A DNA stretch of 64,000 nt from assembly GCA_964501185.1 (NCBI GenBank), contig CAZCRT010000008.1:22677-86676 (forward strand), in the 5' to 3' direction. Position numbers and translations under genes: made by a program. Positions 10,442-21,050 of the stretch are shown here, in pieces; within the stretch, counting starts at the first letter, position 1, and every line of letters starts with the position of its first letter. The notes under the pieces are model-generated. The model saw nothing but the letters and a program-made list of their open reading frames with translations. It ran no database searches and was not told the origin of the DNA. This stretch comes from an uncultured Bacteroidia bacterium (GTDB lineage: Bacteria > CAIWAD01 > BS150m-G50).

Positions 10442-11203
10442 ATGAAACTCACTCTGCTGGCATCAGGAAGCAAAGGCAACGCTACCCTTATCACCACCCC
10501 TACCGGGGGTGTTCTTGTAGATATGGGCCTTTCATACCGGGAACTCTGCAAACGTCTTGACCAGGCCGGCCTGTCACCTGATATTATCCAGGCAGTGTTT
10601 GTGACACACGAACACTCAGACCATATCAAAGGTGTGGGTATACTGGCGCGAAAGTTGCATGTACCGGTATTTATCAGCCGGGATACACTGGCAGCATCGA
10701 GAAATATCTTCCGGGGTGATGAAGAAATACGCCTGCTGGAGGAACAGAACAGGGTGGACGGGTTGACTGTAACCTCACTGCCGATTTCACATGATGTTGC
10801 TGACCCGACAGCTTTCCTGTTAAGTGACGGAAAGGCCCGTGTAGCTGTTATTACAGATCTTGGGTTCCCCACTACAGCGGTGAAGCATGAGCTGGGAAAT
10901 GTTGATGCACTTGTTATCGAGTCAAATCACTGTCCCGAAATGCTGCAGAACGGTCCCTATCCCTGGTTCCTGAAGCAGCGTATCAGTGGTCGTCATGGGC
11001 ATCTTTCGAACATCCAGACCGGCGAGCTGTTACAGGAGCATCTCGGGAAGAAAACAAGACTTGTTTACCTGGCCCATCTGAGTGAGGAGAATAACAACCC
11101 GGAGCTGGCTTTGAACAGCGCCCGCGAGTATCTGGCTGACAGGCCTGATCTGATGCTGAAAGTGGCAAGTCAGTATGAATCATCTGAAACTGAAACAATA
11201 TAG
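10442..11203 (+). CDS. MBL-fold metallo-hydrolase (YycJ/PhnP-like)
   Basis: HEHSDH motif; 253 aa. Confidence 0.7.
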   Translation: MKLTLLASGSKGNATLITTPTGGVLVDMGLSYRELCKRLDQAGLSPDIIQAVFVTHEHSDHIKGVGILARKLHVPVFISRDTLAASRNIFRGDEEIRLLEEQNRVDGLTVTSLPISHDVADPTAFLLSDGKARVAVITDLGFPTTAVKHELGNVDALVIESNHCPEMLQNGPYPWFLKQRISGRHGHLSNIQTGELLQEHLGKKTRLVYLAHLSEENNNPELALNSAREYLADRPDLMLKVASQYESSETETI

Positions 11204-11223
11204 TGATACAAAAAGGAGTACTT

Positions 11224-11829
11224 ATGCGAAACTACATCACACACACGATATCCCTGCTACTGTTTCTGACCCTGGCCGTAAGCGCACTGGCAGTGGACAA
11301 TGGAAAGGAAGCGAACATGTCTGAAAGCCGTATCGTTGCAATGGTGACCAATCATGGCACAATCGAAATTGAACTCAACTACGCTCAGGCACCGATCAGC
11401 TGCGCCAATTTTGAGCAATATGTTAATGATGGTTTCTTTAATGGCACCATCTTCCACCGGGTAATCAGCAACTTCATGATTCAGGGTGGAGGTTTTACAC
11501 CAGACGGAAATCAGAAAGAGACCAGAGAGCCGATCGCCAATGAAGCTGGTAACGGTTTGAGCAATGAACGCGGCACTATTGCCATGGCACGGACAAGTGT
11601 GATCAACAGTGCAACAGCCCAGTTCTTCATCAATGTCAAAGATAACAGCGTTTTAAATCACCGTGATGACAGTGTACAGGGGTACGGTTACGCTGTATTC
11701 GGCAAGGTCGTCAAAGGGATGGACATTGTCGACGCTATTCGTGAGGTTGCGACAGGCAGTGGGCCGATGGGTATGCAGGATTGGCCAACAGAACCTGTAA
11801 TCATCGAAAGCGTTTCCTTCACGGAGTAA
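11224..11829 (+). CDS. ppiA: Secreted cyclophilin-type peptidyl-prolyl cis-trans isomerase
   Basis: FHRVISNFMIQGGGF cyclophilin signature and a signal peptide. RBS AAAGGAG sits 6 nt upstream of the ATG at 11224. Confidence 0.9.
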   Translation: MRNYITHTISLLLFLTLAVSALAVDNGKEANMSESRIVAMVTNHGTIEIELNYAQAPISCANFEQYVNDGFFNGTIFHRVISNFMIQGGGFTPDGNQKETREPIANEAGNGLSNERGTIAMARTSVINSATAQFFINVKDNSVLNHRDDSVQGYGYAVFGKVVKGMDIVDAIREVATGSGPMGMQDWPTEPVIIESVSFTE

Positions 11830-11844
11830 CGCCGGAGCTACGCT

Positions 11845-13497
11845 ATGTTCAGGAAGATCGTCATAACAGTTCTGTTGCTGGCTGTGACAGGGGGTACACT
11901 CCATGCAGCCAGGACCTGGGTCTACTTCGAGCAACTGCCACGAACCGGTGAATTAGCCGGGACAGACCGTGCAGCGGCCAGACTGTTGAAAGCCGGTATT
12001 GACCCGGGCGCTGTGATCAATCAATCTGTAGATCCGGTCTGGCTGGCTGAATTACAGCAGCAGGGTGCGGTCATTTACAATGTCTCACGCTGGTTGGATG
12101 CGATCTCAATTGCTGATGATCCGGAACTGCTCAACAGCCTGGTCAACCGATATCCGGTTCGCGAGGTCCGTCCGGTCCAGTCGTATCACCGTCCCCTGCC
12201 GACACGGTATATGGGGAAGAGTCAATCCTCCACTGATCAGACGACCATCTATGGTGATTCCTGGACACAACTGGCGCAGATGGGTGTGCCAACCCTGCAT
12301 GAACTGGGCTTTACCGGCACAGGTGTTTTTATCGGTATGCTGGATACCGGATGGCAGCTGGGACGTAATGCGTTGAGTCACGCTGATATCGTTGCCACCT
12401 GGGATTTCTACCACGATGATCCAATAGTAGAGAACGAGGAGGCCGATTCGCTTCAACAGGACTACCACGGTACCTCGACACTGGGCTGCATTGCCGCCTG
12501 GGCACCTCAGAACCTGATCGGTGTCGCTTACGATGCCAGTTTCGCGCTGGCAAAGACCGAGCATGTCGATCATGAAATCAACGCGGAAGAAGACGATTTC
12601 GTTGCCGGTCTGGAATGGCTGGACAGCCTGGGTGTTGACATCGTTTCCTCATCGCTGGGATACAGCCGCTTTGATGACGGGCAGGAGAACTATACTATTC
12701 ATGATCTCAATGGTGATATCTGCATAACCACGGTTGCCTGCGATCTGGCTGCAGAGCGTGGGATCTTTGTGGTGACATCTGCCGGTAACAGTGGAAATGA
12801 CTATAACTGGCATGGACTGATTACTTCTCCCGCTGATGGTGACAGTGTCATGGCAGTTGGAGCGGTAGCTGGCGACTCGACTATTGCCAGTTTCAGCTCC
12901 CGTGGCCCGACAGAGGACGGCCGTATTAAACCTGATTTTGTCGCCATGGGGCATGGAACACTGGTGATTGACACCAATCCTAATTCCGGATCGAATTATC
13001 ATTTTGGTTCCGGAACCAGCTATGCGGGCCCATTATTAGCTGGTGCTGCTGCTCTGTTGCTACAGATTGAACCTGATCTACTGCCGATGGAGCTGGCAAC
13101 GCTGATGAAGGAAAATGCCAGTCGGAGTGCTGCACCGGATACAGCCTATGGCTGGGGATTGGTCGACCTCTCCAGGATAACCTGGCAGCATTTTGCTAAT
13201 CCAGTTCAGCTGGCAGTAGATGAAATTCGAGTGTTCCCTAATCCTTTTAACAGTCGTCTTGTTTTCCTGCTCGATATCGATGATGAAACTCTATCGTCTG
13301 TACGGATCGAAATGTATGATCTTCTGGGCCGGATCGTATACAGCAAGGCTTGTAGCGGTATCAGGGAGGAGGGGGAGCTGCTTATCACTGCTCAACCATC
13401 CAGCGAGCTGGCAGCTGGCATATATTTTGCTGTGTTTACAATGATTGAAACCGGTCAAATTATTGGCCAGAAAAAGTGTATCAAACTGGAGTACTGA
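11845..13497 (+). CDS. Subtilisin-like S8 serine peptidase with T9SS C-terminal sorting domain
   Basis: Asp, His (HGTSTLG) and Ser (GTSYAGP) triad motifs, a signal peptide, and a C-terminal ~80 aa with FPNPFNS...KLEY (Por_Secre_tail-like). Confidence 0.85.
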   Translation: MFRKIVITVLLLAVTGGTLHAARTWVYFEQLPRTGELAGTDRAAARLLKAGIDPGAVINQSVDPVWLAELQQQGAVIYNVSRWLDAISIADDPELLNSLVNRYPVREVRPVQSYHRPLPTRYMGKSQSSTDQTTIYGDSWTQLAQMGVPTLHELGFTGTGVFIGMLDTGWQLGRNALSHADIVATWDFYHDDPIVENEEADSLQQDYHGTSTLGCIAAWAPQNLIGVAYDASFALAKTEHVDHEINAEEDDFVAGLEWLDSLGVDIVSSSLGYSRFDDGQENYTIHDLNGDICITTVACDLAAERGIFVVTSAGNSGNDYNWHGLITSPADGDSVMAVGAVAGDSTIASFSSRGPTEDGRIKPDFVAMGHGTLVIDTNPNSGSNYHFGSGTSYAGPLLAGAAALLLQIEPDLLPMELATLMKENASRSAAPDTAYGWGLVDLSRITWQHFANPVQLAVDEIRVFPNPFNSRLVFLLDIDDETLSSVRIEMYDLLGRIVYSKACSGIREEGELLITAQPSSELAAGIYFAVFTMIETGQIIGQKKCIKLEY

Positions 13498-13501
13498 GTC
13501 A

Positions 13502-15814
13502 ATGCGTATAGTTGCTCTGATTGCGGGCTTGTTATTACTGAGTAGTACAGCCGTTGCTTCCCTCGACGATTATTATCATAACTACGATGAGTGCTATGAC
13601 CTGCTCACTTCATTGGCGGATGCCAATCCTGACATCATGCGGGTTGACAGCGTGGGTTACTCCTGCGAACTGGAGATGCCGATCTGGGCTGCGGTGATCA
13701 GCGACAATGTTCAGGAAGACGAGGATGAACCGGCAGTACTGCTGACCGGCACCTGTCATGCTGAGGAGATACTGGGAACGGAAATTGTACTCAGCTTTGC
13801 AGAAGAGCTGATGGCGCATCGCAACCAGATGCCCTGGGTAGCCTGGATTGCCGCCTCGCAGATTATTATCGTGCCTACTTATAATCCTGAGGGAATGGGC
13901 ATCGTGTTGAGCGAAGAGGATGTCACCTATCGCAAGAACCTGCTGGAGATCGGTGGACAGTGCATCATCCAGCCCGGTATCGGTAATGATTCATGTGGTG
14001 TTGATCTCAACCGCAACTTCGATTTTTTCTGGAATCACGGTGATACACTGTGGCACGATCAGGACGCAGAGGCTTTTGATTACTACCGTGGTGCTGCTCC
14101 TTTCTCGGAAGGGGAGAGCAGGGCAATCCGTGATCTGAATCAGGATTTCAATCTGGTTTATTACATCGCTTATCATAGCGCCCGTACGTCGAATAATTTT
14201 CAGAAGGTCATCTACCCCTGGGGCTGGAAGCATCCGGATGATGACCTGATATTCAAACCCTGCCCTGATGTCGATCTGATGATATCGCTGGGTGATGACC
14301 TGGCTGCGCAGATCCCCACATTGGACGGGACCTCCACCTATGCCTCAGTTCTGGGCGGTGGCCGCAAGGGGAGCGCTCATAATTACACCTATGGCAGTTG
14401 GGGTACAATCTCCTTTCTGCTGGAAGTGGGCACTAATGAAGATGGTGGCGCTTTTCAGCCAGAGGACTTTGATATCCTCAACCAGATAATCGACGATAAT
14501 CTGCAGGGTGTGCACTGGATGATGAATCGGCTGATCGGTTATCAGGTTCCTGCACCGATGCTGCAGGGGCATGTTACCGACGCGGCCACCGGGCAGGCGC
14601 TTATCGCGCGGGTGGATGTATTGGAACACACCAGCACGGAAATCAAACCCCGTCTTACACAATTACCCTGGGGTCGCTTTTACCGTGTGCTGGCTGCCGG
14701 ATCATATCAGGTACAGATATCAAAACCGGGTTATGAAACCTATGAACAGACACTGGTAGTCAATCCGCAGGAACCGACAAACTACGAAATTGAGCTGCAG
14801 CCGCTGCCACGCTGGACTGTTTCCGGCACTACATTCCTGACTTCCGATGATGTAACACCTGTGTCATGTGAAGTACAGTTTCTGGATCTGATCCATGACA
14901 CACTGTACAGCTGCCAGAGTGATGGTGAGTATTCCATAGAACTGCCAACCGGTGAGTATTTTGCTTCAACCTCGCATAACGACTATGTACTGGCGGAGCG
15001 TACTCTGCAGCTGTACAGCGACATTGAGAGCAATTTCGGTTTGCCTGATAATGTGACCCTGCTTACACTCCCCACCAACTCGCTTGCCGATTGGAGCAGT
15101 GGTGGTGCTAATTCCGACTGGGCAGTGGCAACAGATGACAGTGCCGGTACGCATCTGGTATCCAACAGCACTATTTACACACACAGTGAAGTGGACGCCA
15201 CACTTACGCTATCCGATCCGGTCGATCTGGGCAGTTATCACCATGCTTCGCTGCATCTGCGGCATTATATCGATCTGGAGGATGAACTCGATTATGCCGA
15301 GATACAGGCCAGTAGTGATGGCCAGCAGTGGTCTACACTGGCACACTACAGTGGGCACTGGGGCGGATATCGTGATACAGAGCATTCACTGGATCAATTT
15401 GCCGGTGGTTTGCTGCACCTTCGTTTCCATCTGGTTACCGATGACTGGGTCAACGATCAGGGTTGGCATATTAACCTGATTACCCTGCGGCAGTCGGATC
15501 AGCTCAATGCTGTTTCTCCCGAAGATGTACAACCAGAGCAGTTTGCACTACTGGGTAATTACCCCAACCCCTTCAACCCGTCGACGACTATCGAGTTTCA
15601 TGTGCCGGCGCACCTGTCGGGTAAACAGCCTCAACTGCAGGTCTACAATTTGCGAGGCGCACAGGTGGCAATTGAAACCGGTGAACCGGTGACCGCTGGA
15701 AAAGCACGGATACAATGGCAGGCGGGCAATGATATCGCGAGTGGCATCTACTTCTACCAGTTGCAGCTTGGAGATCAGGCAACAGAAATCGGAAAGATGT
15801 TGTTTGTGAAATGA
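13502..15814 (+). CDS. M14 zinc carboxypeptidase with T9SS C-terminal sorting domain
   Basis: HxxE zinc motif (CHAEE), signal peptide, and C-terminal NYPNPFNPSTTIEF...MLFVK tail. The start is moved to the in-frame ATG at 13502, after the upstream stop. Confidence 0.8.
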   Translation: MRIVALIAGLLLLSSTAVASLDDYYHNYDECYDLLTSLADANPDIMRVDSVGYSCELEMPIWAAVISDNVQEDEDEPAVLLTGTCHAEEILGTEIVLSFAEELMAHRNQMPWVAWIAASQIIIVPTYNPEGMGIVLSEEDVTYRKNLLEIGGQCIIQPGIGNDSCGVDLNRNFDFFWNHGDTLWHDQDAEAFDYYRGAAPFSEGESRAIRDLNQDFNLVYYIAYHSARTSNNFQKVIYPWGWKHPDDDLIFKPCPDVDLMISLGDDLAAQIPTLDGTSTYASVLGGGRKGSAHNYTYGSWGTISFLLEVGTNEDGGAFQPEDFDILNQIIDDNLQGVHWMMNRLIGYQVPAPMLQGHVTDAATGQALIARVDVLEHTSTEIKPRLTQLPWGRFYRVLAAGSYQVQISKPGYETYEQTLVVNPQEPTNYEIELQPLPRWTVSGTTFLTSDDVTPVSCEVQFLDLIHDTLYSCQSDGEYSIELPTGEYFASTSHNDYVLAERTLQLYSDIESNFGLPDNVTLLTLPTNSLADWSSGGANSDWAVATDDSAGTHLVSNSTIYTHSEVDATLTLSDPVDLGSYHHASLHLRHYIDLEDELDYAEIQASSDGQQWSTLAHYSGHWGGYRDTEHSLDQFAGGLLHLRFHLVTDDWVNDQGWHINLITLRQSDQLNAVSPEDVQPEQFALLGNYPNPFNPSTTIEFHVPAHLSGKQPQLQVYNLRGAQVAIETGEPVTAGKARIQWQAGNDIASGIYFYQLQLGDQATEIGKMLFVK

Positions 15815-15902
15815 CAATATGAGATAGCTTGTAGGAGCATGACCAACGCTATGAATGGAATTGGCCAGGGGTAACCTGAGAACCGGAAAGAATCGAGGAT
15901 AA

Positions 15903-18900
15903 ATGATGAAAACAACTATCACAATTCTGTTGCTGACCGCTCTGCAACTTACAGCAGTGGCGGCAACCGATACCTGTATCACCAGCATTACTCAGGAACA
16001 GGATGCGGTTGTGATACAATATCAACTTGCCGGTTTCAACCTGGAAGATCAGGATGGGGAATCACTGATCGAAATTGACGGGATGGAACTCTCCAGCTAT
16101 GCCGGGCAACCTCAGGTGCCTTTCACCACCTTCTGGCTGGAAATCCCGGTTGACGCGGAAGTCAGCTTTGAACTACAGGAGCAGGATACCCGATTCTACC
16201 CCGATCTGGTTCTGGCGGAATATCAGGATGATGAAGTCAAGGTTGATCCGGCAGCGGGGCGAACCAACCTGGACAGTTTTGTCGCGATTGGTAATGACGG
16301 TTGGATGCGCGATCTGCGACTGGTGCCGTTGACGCTACAGCCTGTGCGCATAGAGCAGGAGGGTGTGCGAGTGCTGCAGTCGGCAGCGATCAGGATCAGT
16401 TTCAGCAAAACAACGGAGTACAGTGATATCAGCTATTCCAGCGAGATGGATGAACTCTATCGTTCCTTTGTTGTTAACCACGGGCAGTTTTCCAATCACA
16501 GGGATGAGACACAGTTCCCGCGTCTGCTGGTGGTCTCATCACCTTTCTATACGGATTACATAGGTGATCTGCTCCAGTGGAAACGGCGCGCAGGTTTTAA
16601 TGTGGACTATGTGACTTTTGACCAGATGCCGGGCGGTGGCAATACGATTACTGCTGATAACCTGGACAGCTGGTTGATCGATTACTACGCCCAGCATCAG
16701 CCTGAATATATTGTGCTGGTAGGTGATCAGGATGGTACCTACGCCTGTCCCACCTTTCTCATTCCGGAGTCGGAAGGGGAGGACTATAATGTAACCGATC
16801 TGCAGTTCAGTCTGAAAGTGGGCGACGATTACCTGCCGGATCTGCTGCTGGGCAGGCTCTCTGTACACGATGCTCCGGTACAGCTGATGACCATTATCGA
16901 CAAAGTAGTCCAGTATGAATCTGCACCATTTGCCGGTGTGAACGAAGAGCAGGAAGACTGGCTGGAAAGCGGCCTGGTGGTTGGTGGTAATTATGCAGAG
17001 GGTAATACAACTCCGGTAACACCGGTACTGACCAGTCGCTGGGTGCGTGAAAGGTTAATAGACAACGGTTTCTCGCAGGTGGACACAGTCTATTTTCCAC
17101 CTCATATTTCCGGTGAACCGATGATCTCCAATACGATCAATAACGGTGTCGGTATTGTTAACTATCGCGGATGGGCAGACGCTGAGCACTGGCAACGCCC
17201 CTCCTATTCAATCACCAATATGAACGACAACCTGAATAACCACTATATGACCCCGATCATGTTGTCAATCGTATGTAATACCGGTGATTTCGGTCACGCT
17301 CAACATGAACCCTGTTTCGCGGAGGCTTTTCTGCGGCTCGGTACCCCCGGTGCACCCCGGGGTGGGATAGCGGTGTTCGCCCCCAGCGATCTCCATACGC
17401 GATCCATCTATAACAATGCGATCAACGCCGGCTTTTACCGTGGCCTCTTCAACGAAGGTATCAGCACCATGGGTGGTAATGTGGTACGGGCGAAGATCGA
17501 TCTGTTCAACGGTTTTCCCAACGAACAGGAGCTGAACGGTTATGTCTTTTTCTATTTCAATGTCTACAATCTGCTGGGTGACCCCAGCCTGCGGATACGT
17601 ACTGCAGTGCCGGAGCCGCTGCTGGTAACTGCCCCGGACACACTTGCGGTCGGGAGCAGCAGTTACTCGGTGGCAGTCACCGATGAGCAGAGTTCACCTA
17701 TGGCAGATATGCTGGTCACGCTGGTTGCGGGTGATGAAAGTGAACAGCTGCTGGCGCGTGGGCGCACCGATGCCGCCGGTAACCTGACGCTGTATTACGA
17801 GCGATTAGTGGATGCCGGTACAGCCAGGTTGACTGTACTCGGTAACAACAGCTATCCCCATCTGGTCGACATTCCAATTGTAGTGCGTCCGCAATTCGCT
17901 ACACTCGTAGCCAGCACATGGCTGGAAGATGGTACTTCCGGATCAGACGGTAACGGTGACGCGGATGTTAATCCAGGTGAAACTGTTGCCTGGTTCCCAA
18001 CCCTGCTGAACAGTGGAAGCGAGACTATTCCTTCGATTGATCTGATTGCATCAGTTGATGATGGATTTATAGAGTTGCAAAGTACTGAACTGACTTTCGG
18101 GGAATTGCTGTCAGGTGCACAGACAACGTCTGCAACACCGTTGTTGCTGAATGTATCACATTCTGTTCCACATGGCTGGCCACTGCAACTGGATCTGCAT
18201 ATCAGTGGTGAGGAATTCACACAGAATTCCCGGGATGAACTGACAGCTGTTGCCAGCCGACCCTACTTTGTTTCTGATACATTGCCCGGTGATGCCAATC
18301 AGGTGATTGATTCGGATGAACTGGTTCAGCTGGAATTGACACTCGCCAACGATGGTGACCTGCCTACCGTTGATCTCAGCGGGACATTATCATCGCTGAT
18401 ACCGGAGCTTACAGTTGAAACAACGATACCACAAGCCATAGGTATAATACCGGTTGATGGCGAAGCGACTGTGGCTTTTGAACTGCATGGGGGCGTTGAC
18501 ATTCTGCCAGGACTACTGCTGCAATTGCAGCTGGAGTTGACCGGGGGTAGTGATTTCCAGCAGCTACTCGACATTGACATAATCAACGGCCAGCGGGAAA
18601 CAGGTGACCCCACCGGACCGGATGGTTACGGTTACTGGGCTTATGAGAGTCGCGATTACTACTACCTGAACCGGCCTGATTATGAATGGGAGGAAATCGA
18701 CACCCGTCTACTTCCGGAAAGTAACGGAACACGTCTCGAGCTGGAAGATGATCAGAGCACTACTATTGCGCTGCCTTCTGACAACTTTAACTTCCGATTC
18801 TACGGTGTTGATTTCGACTCGATCACCGTCTGCTCCAATGGTTGGATTTCAATGGGGAGAACCTGGATGTCAGACTTTACAAACTGGATGATTCCACCGG

Positions 18901-20450
18901 GCCTGGGGCCCTCTAACATGATCATGCCATTCTGGGACGATCTCAAGCCACAATACACACCTGCGGAAGATTCAGTTCAGGTTCCTGTTTATTACAAGGA
19001 TATGGGTGATGGCCGTTTTATTGTGGAATGGAGTCAGACCTATAACCGTTATCTGTGGGATTCAGAGCCCATGGAGGAAACCTTCCAGGTTATCCTGTAT
19101 GATCTGTTACAGTATCCCACAGCAACGGGTGACAGCCAGATAAAGTTTCAGTATCGCGTGATACACGATGAGGATGCCCGTGCTAATTATGCAACTGTCG
19201 GCATCACTGATCACGATCACTACCACGGGTTGGAGGTTACTTTTGCTCAGCGTTATGGCCCTGATGCTGCCATGCTGGCCGATGGCACCGCTATTCTCAT
19301 TACTACCGATCCACCACAGCGTGTCACCAATCCCCAGATATTCCTGGAAGGGGAACTGGAGGAGTGGTTCCATTCGCTTACACCTGAACTGCAGTGGGAT
19401 CCGGGGGTGCTGACCGGCAATCCGGATGTAACTTATACATTGCAGCTGGCACTGGACAATACATTCCCGGAGTTTGTGGCGAGCTATACAGATATCGATA
19501 CTTCTGCTTTCACGGTGCCTGATCCACTGGAGGAAGTAACACAATACTTCTGGCGGGTAATAGCTCATCTGGAGGACGAGGAGGATATCCTCTGTACACC
19601 TGATTTCCACAGCTTTCAGATCGATGCTACCGAACCTGTCGCCGAACTGGGGTTGATTGACAACCCGGTGTTTCCGCACTACCTCGATCTCGGTCTCATC
19701 AGTAGCGAGGAGTTAGAGGATGTACCCTGGGTGGTTGTAACCGATGCGGATACCGCACTGGTGGATTCCTCTCAGGCAGCACAGATGCCGCAGACCGAAA
19801 CAGGATTCCATTATACGCTCAACCTGGAACTGCTGGGACAATATCAACTCGCTGTACAGATGGTGGATGCACATGGATTGCCCGGTAGTACTGAGCGTGA
19901 TCTGGCGCTGGGTGGTGCCGGCTACACCTCCATTGAAATAGGTGATGATATCCGACTGGACTGGCTGTCGGGGACAGTAGTAACCGCTCTCGAAGGTGAG
20001 CAGGGTGTTGAACTGAGTGGTAATGGCAGCTATCTTCTTGAGTTTTCCGGTGAGGGGATTATCTGCCGGTTTGAAAATGGTAACTGGCGGGCGCTGGCTC
20101 CGGAAGGAGTGCAGCAGATTGTGATACATGAGGGAGGGCATTATGCTCTACGCTCTGCAGGTGATTTACTGCCTGATGCGGTAACCCTTTACGATAACTA
20201 CCCCAACCCCTTTAACGGTTCCACCCGTCTGGAGTTCACCCTGCCGGAAAGGGCAGCAATCCAGTTATCGGTGTACAACCTGCTGGGCAGGAGGGTTGAA
20301 GTATTGCAGGAGAGTACACTTAACGCCGGATTCCACCAGTATGACTGGCAACCCGGCAACTATGCTTCCGGTATGTACTGGGCGGTGTTGCGGGTTACGG
20401 GAGAAACCGAGAGTGTGACACGTATTCAGAAAATGCTCTATCTGAAGTGA
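15903..20450 (+). CDS. Large secreted multidomain protein, peptidase C25 (gingipain/PorU)-like, with T9SS C-terminal sorting domain
   Basis: 1515 aa with a signal peptide. C25-like N-terminal region (YIVLVGDQDG ... IVCNTGDFGH), FN3-like segments, and a C-terminal DNYPNPFNGSTRLEF...MLYLK tail. Confidence 0.5.
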   Translation: MMKTTITILLLTALQLTAVAATDTCITSITQEQDAVVIQYQLAGFNLEDQDGESLIEIDGMELSSYAGQPQVPFTTFWLEIPVDAEVSFELQEQDTRFYPDLVLAEYQDDEVKVDPAAGRTNLDSFVAIGNDGWMRDLRLVPLTLQPVRIEQEGVRVLQSAAIRISFSKTTEYSDISYSSEMDELYRSFVVNHGQFSNHRDETQFPRLLVVSSPFYTDYIGDLLQWKRRAGFNVDYVTFDQMPGGGNTITADNLDSWLIDYYAQHQPEYIVLVGDQDGTYACPTFLIPESEGEDYNVTDLQFSLKVGDDYLPDLLLGRLSVHDAPVQLMTIIDKVVQYESAPFAGVNEEQEDWLESGLVVGGNYAEGNTTPVTPVLTSRWVRERLIDNGFSQVDTVYFPPHISGEPMISNTINNGVGIVNYRGWADAEHWQRPSYSITNMNDNLNNHYMTPIMLSIVCNTGDFGHAQHEPCFAEAFLRLGTPGAPRGGIAVFAPSDLHTRSIYNNAINAGFYRGLFNEGISTMGGNVVRAKIDLFNGFPNEQELNGYVFFYFNVYNLLGDPSLRIRTAVPEPLLVTAPDTLAVGSSSYSVAVTDEQSSPMADMLVTLVAGDESEQLLARGRTDAAGNLTLYYERLVDAGTARLTVLGNNSYPHLVDIPIVVRPQFATLVASTWLEDGTSGSDGNGDADVNPGETVAWFPTLLNSGSETIPSIDLIASVDDGFIELQSTELTFGELLSGAQTTSATPLLLNVSHSVPHGWPLQLDLHISGEEFTQNSRDELTAVASRPYFVSDTLPGDANQVIDSDELVQLELTLANDGDLPTVDLSGTLSSLIPELTVETTIPQAIGIIPVDGEATVAFELHGGVDILPGLLLQLQLELTGGSDFQQLLDIDIINGQRETGDPTGPDGYGYWAYESRDYYYLNRPDYEWEEIDTRLLPESNGTRLELEDDQSTTIALPSDNFNFRFYGVDFDSITVCSNGWISMGRTWMSDFTNWMIPPGLGPSNMIMPFWDDLKPQYTPAEDSVQVPVYYKDMGDGRFIVEWSQTYNRYLWDSEPMEETFQVILYDLLQYPTATGDSQIKFQYRVIHDEDARANYATVGITDHDHYHGLEVTFAQRYGPDAAMLADGTAILITTDPPQRVTNPQIFLEGELEEWFHSLTPELQWDPGVLTGNPDVTYTLQLALDNTFPEFVASYTDIDTSAFTVPDPLEEVTQYFWRVIAHLEDEEDILCTPDFHSFQIDATEPVAELGLIDNPVFPHYLDLGLISSEELEDVPWVVVTDADTALVDSSQAAQMPQTETGFHYTLNLELLGQYQLAVQMVDAHGLPGSTERDLALGGAGYTSIEIGDDIRLDWLSGTVVTALEGEQGVELSGNGSYLLEFSGEGIICRFENGNWRALAPEGVQQIVIHEGGHYALRSAGDLLPDAVTLYDNYPNPFNGSTRLEFTLPERAAIQLSVYNLLGRRVEVLQESTLNAGFHQYDWQPGNYASGMYWAVLRVTGETESVTRIQKMLYLK

Positions 20451-20458
20451 GGTATCTG

Positions 20459-21046
20459 ATGAAACAGACAACTATGGCTCTGTGGTTACTGGTGCTGGTA
20501 TTGAGCGGTTGCAATCAGGATACCGATAACTATGAGGAGCTGATTGCAGACGGATGGCACGCCTACAGTAATGAGAACTATGAACTCGCTGCCGACCGCT
20601 TCATGGAGGCCACTCTGGAAGATGGCACCCGTGCGGAAGCCTGGAACGGGCTGGGTTGGAGCCAGATAGGGCTCTTCGAGGATGAGCAGGGTGATGCGGA
20701 CTATCTGAACGCTATAGATAACAACTTCCAGGAAGCGGTATCACGATCAGGAGAGTGGGCACCACCGCTGGCTGGCCTGGCGCTGACCCGCTCCCGCCTT
20801 GGGGAATCGCTTGCGGCAATCCACTTTGCAGGGCTGGCGCTGGCGCAGGCTGGTGACAGTTGGGTTTACAGTCGTATCGAAGATGTTACCGGGCGTTCTT
20901 TGCGCCGGGTACGTGCCTGGAATTACTTCCTGGTAGAGGATTTTGCCGCCGCCCAGGCTGAAGTAGAGCTCGTTCTGGAAGTGAGTCTGGACCCGGACGA
21001 TTCTGACTATCTTTCACAGTTGCTGGCATACATCGAACAGATGTAG
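20459..21046 (+). CDS. TPR-like lipoprotein
   Basis: Lipobox LVLSGC, acidic, TPR-like helices. The track's GTG start at 20447 overlaps the upstream stop; ATG at 20459 is preferred. Confidence 0.5.
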   Translation: MKQTTMALWLLVLVLSGCNQDTDNYEELIADGWHAYSNENYELAADRFMEATLEDGTRAEAWNGLGWSQIGLFEDEQGDADYLNAIDNNFQEAVSRSGEWAPPLAGLALTRSRLGESLAAIHFAGLALAQAGDSWVYSRIEDVTGRSLRRVRAWNYFLVEDFAAAQAEVELVLEVSLDPDDSDYLSQLLAYIEQM

Positions 21047-21050
21047 CTTC

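Noticed and set aside
15903-20450. Assignment of the C25-like protein as PorU (T9SS signal peptidase)
   Set aside because: There is no adjacent porV. The protein is larger than typical PorU and has a cleavable-type CTD. It is kept as a generic C25-like cargo protein.
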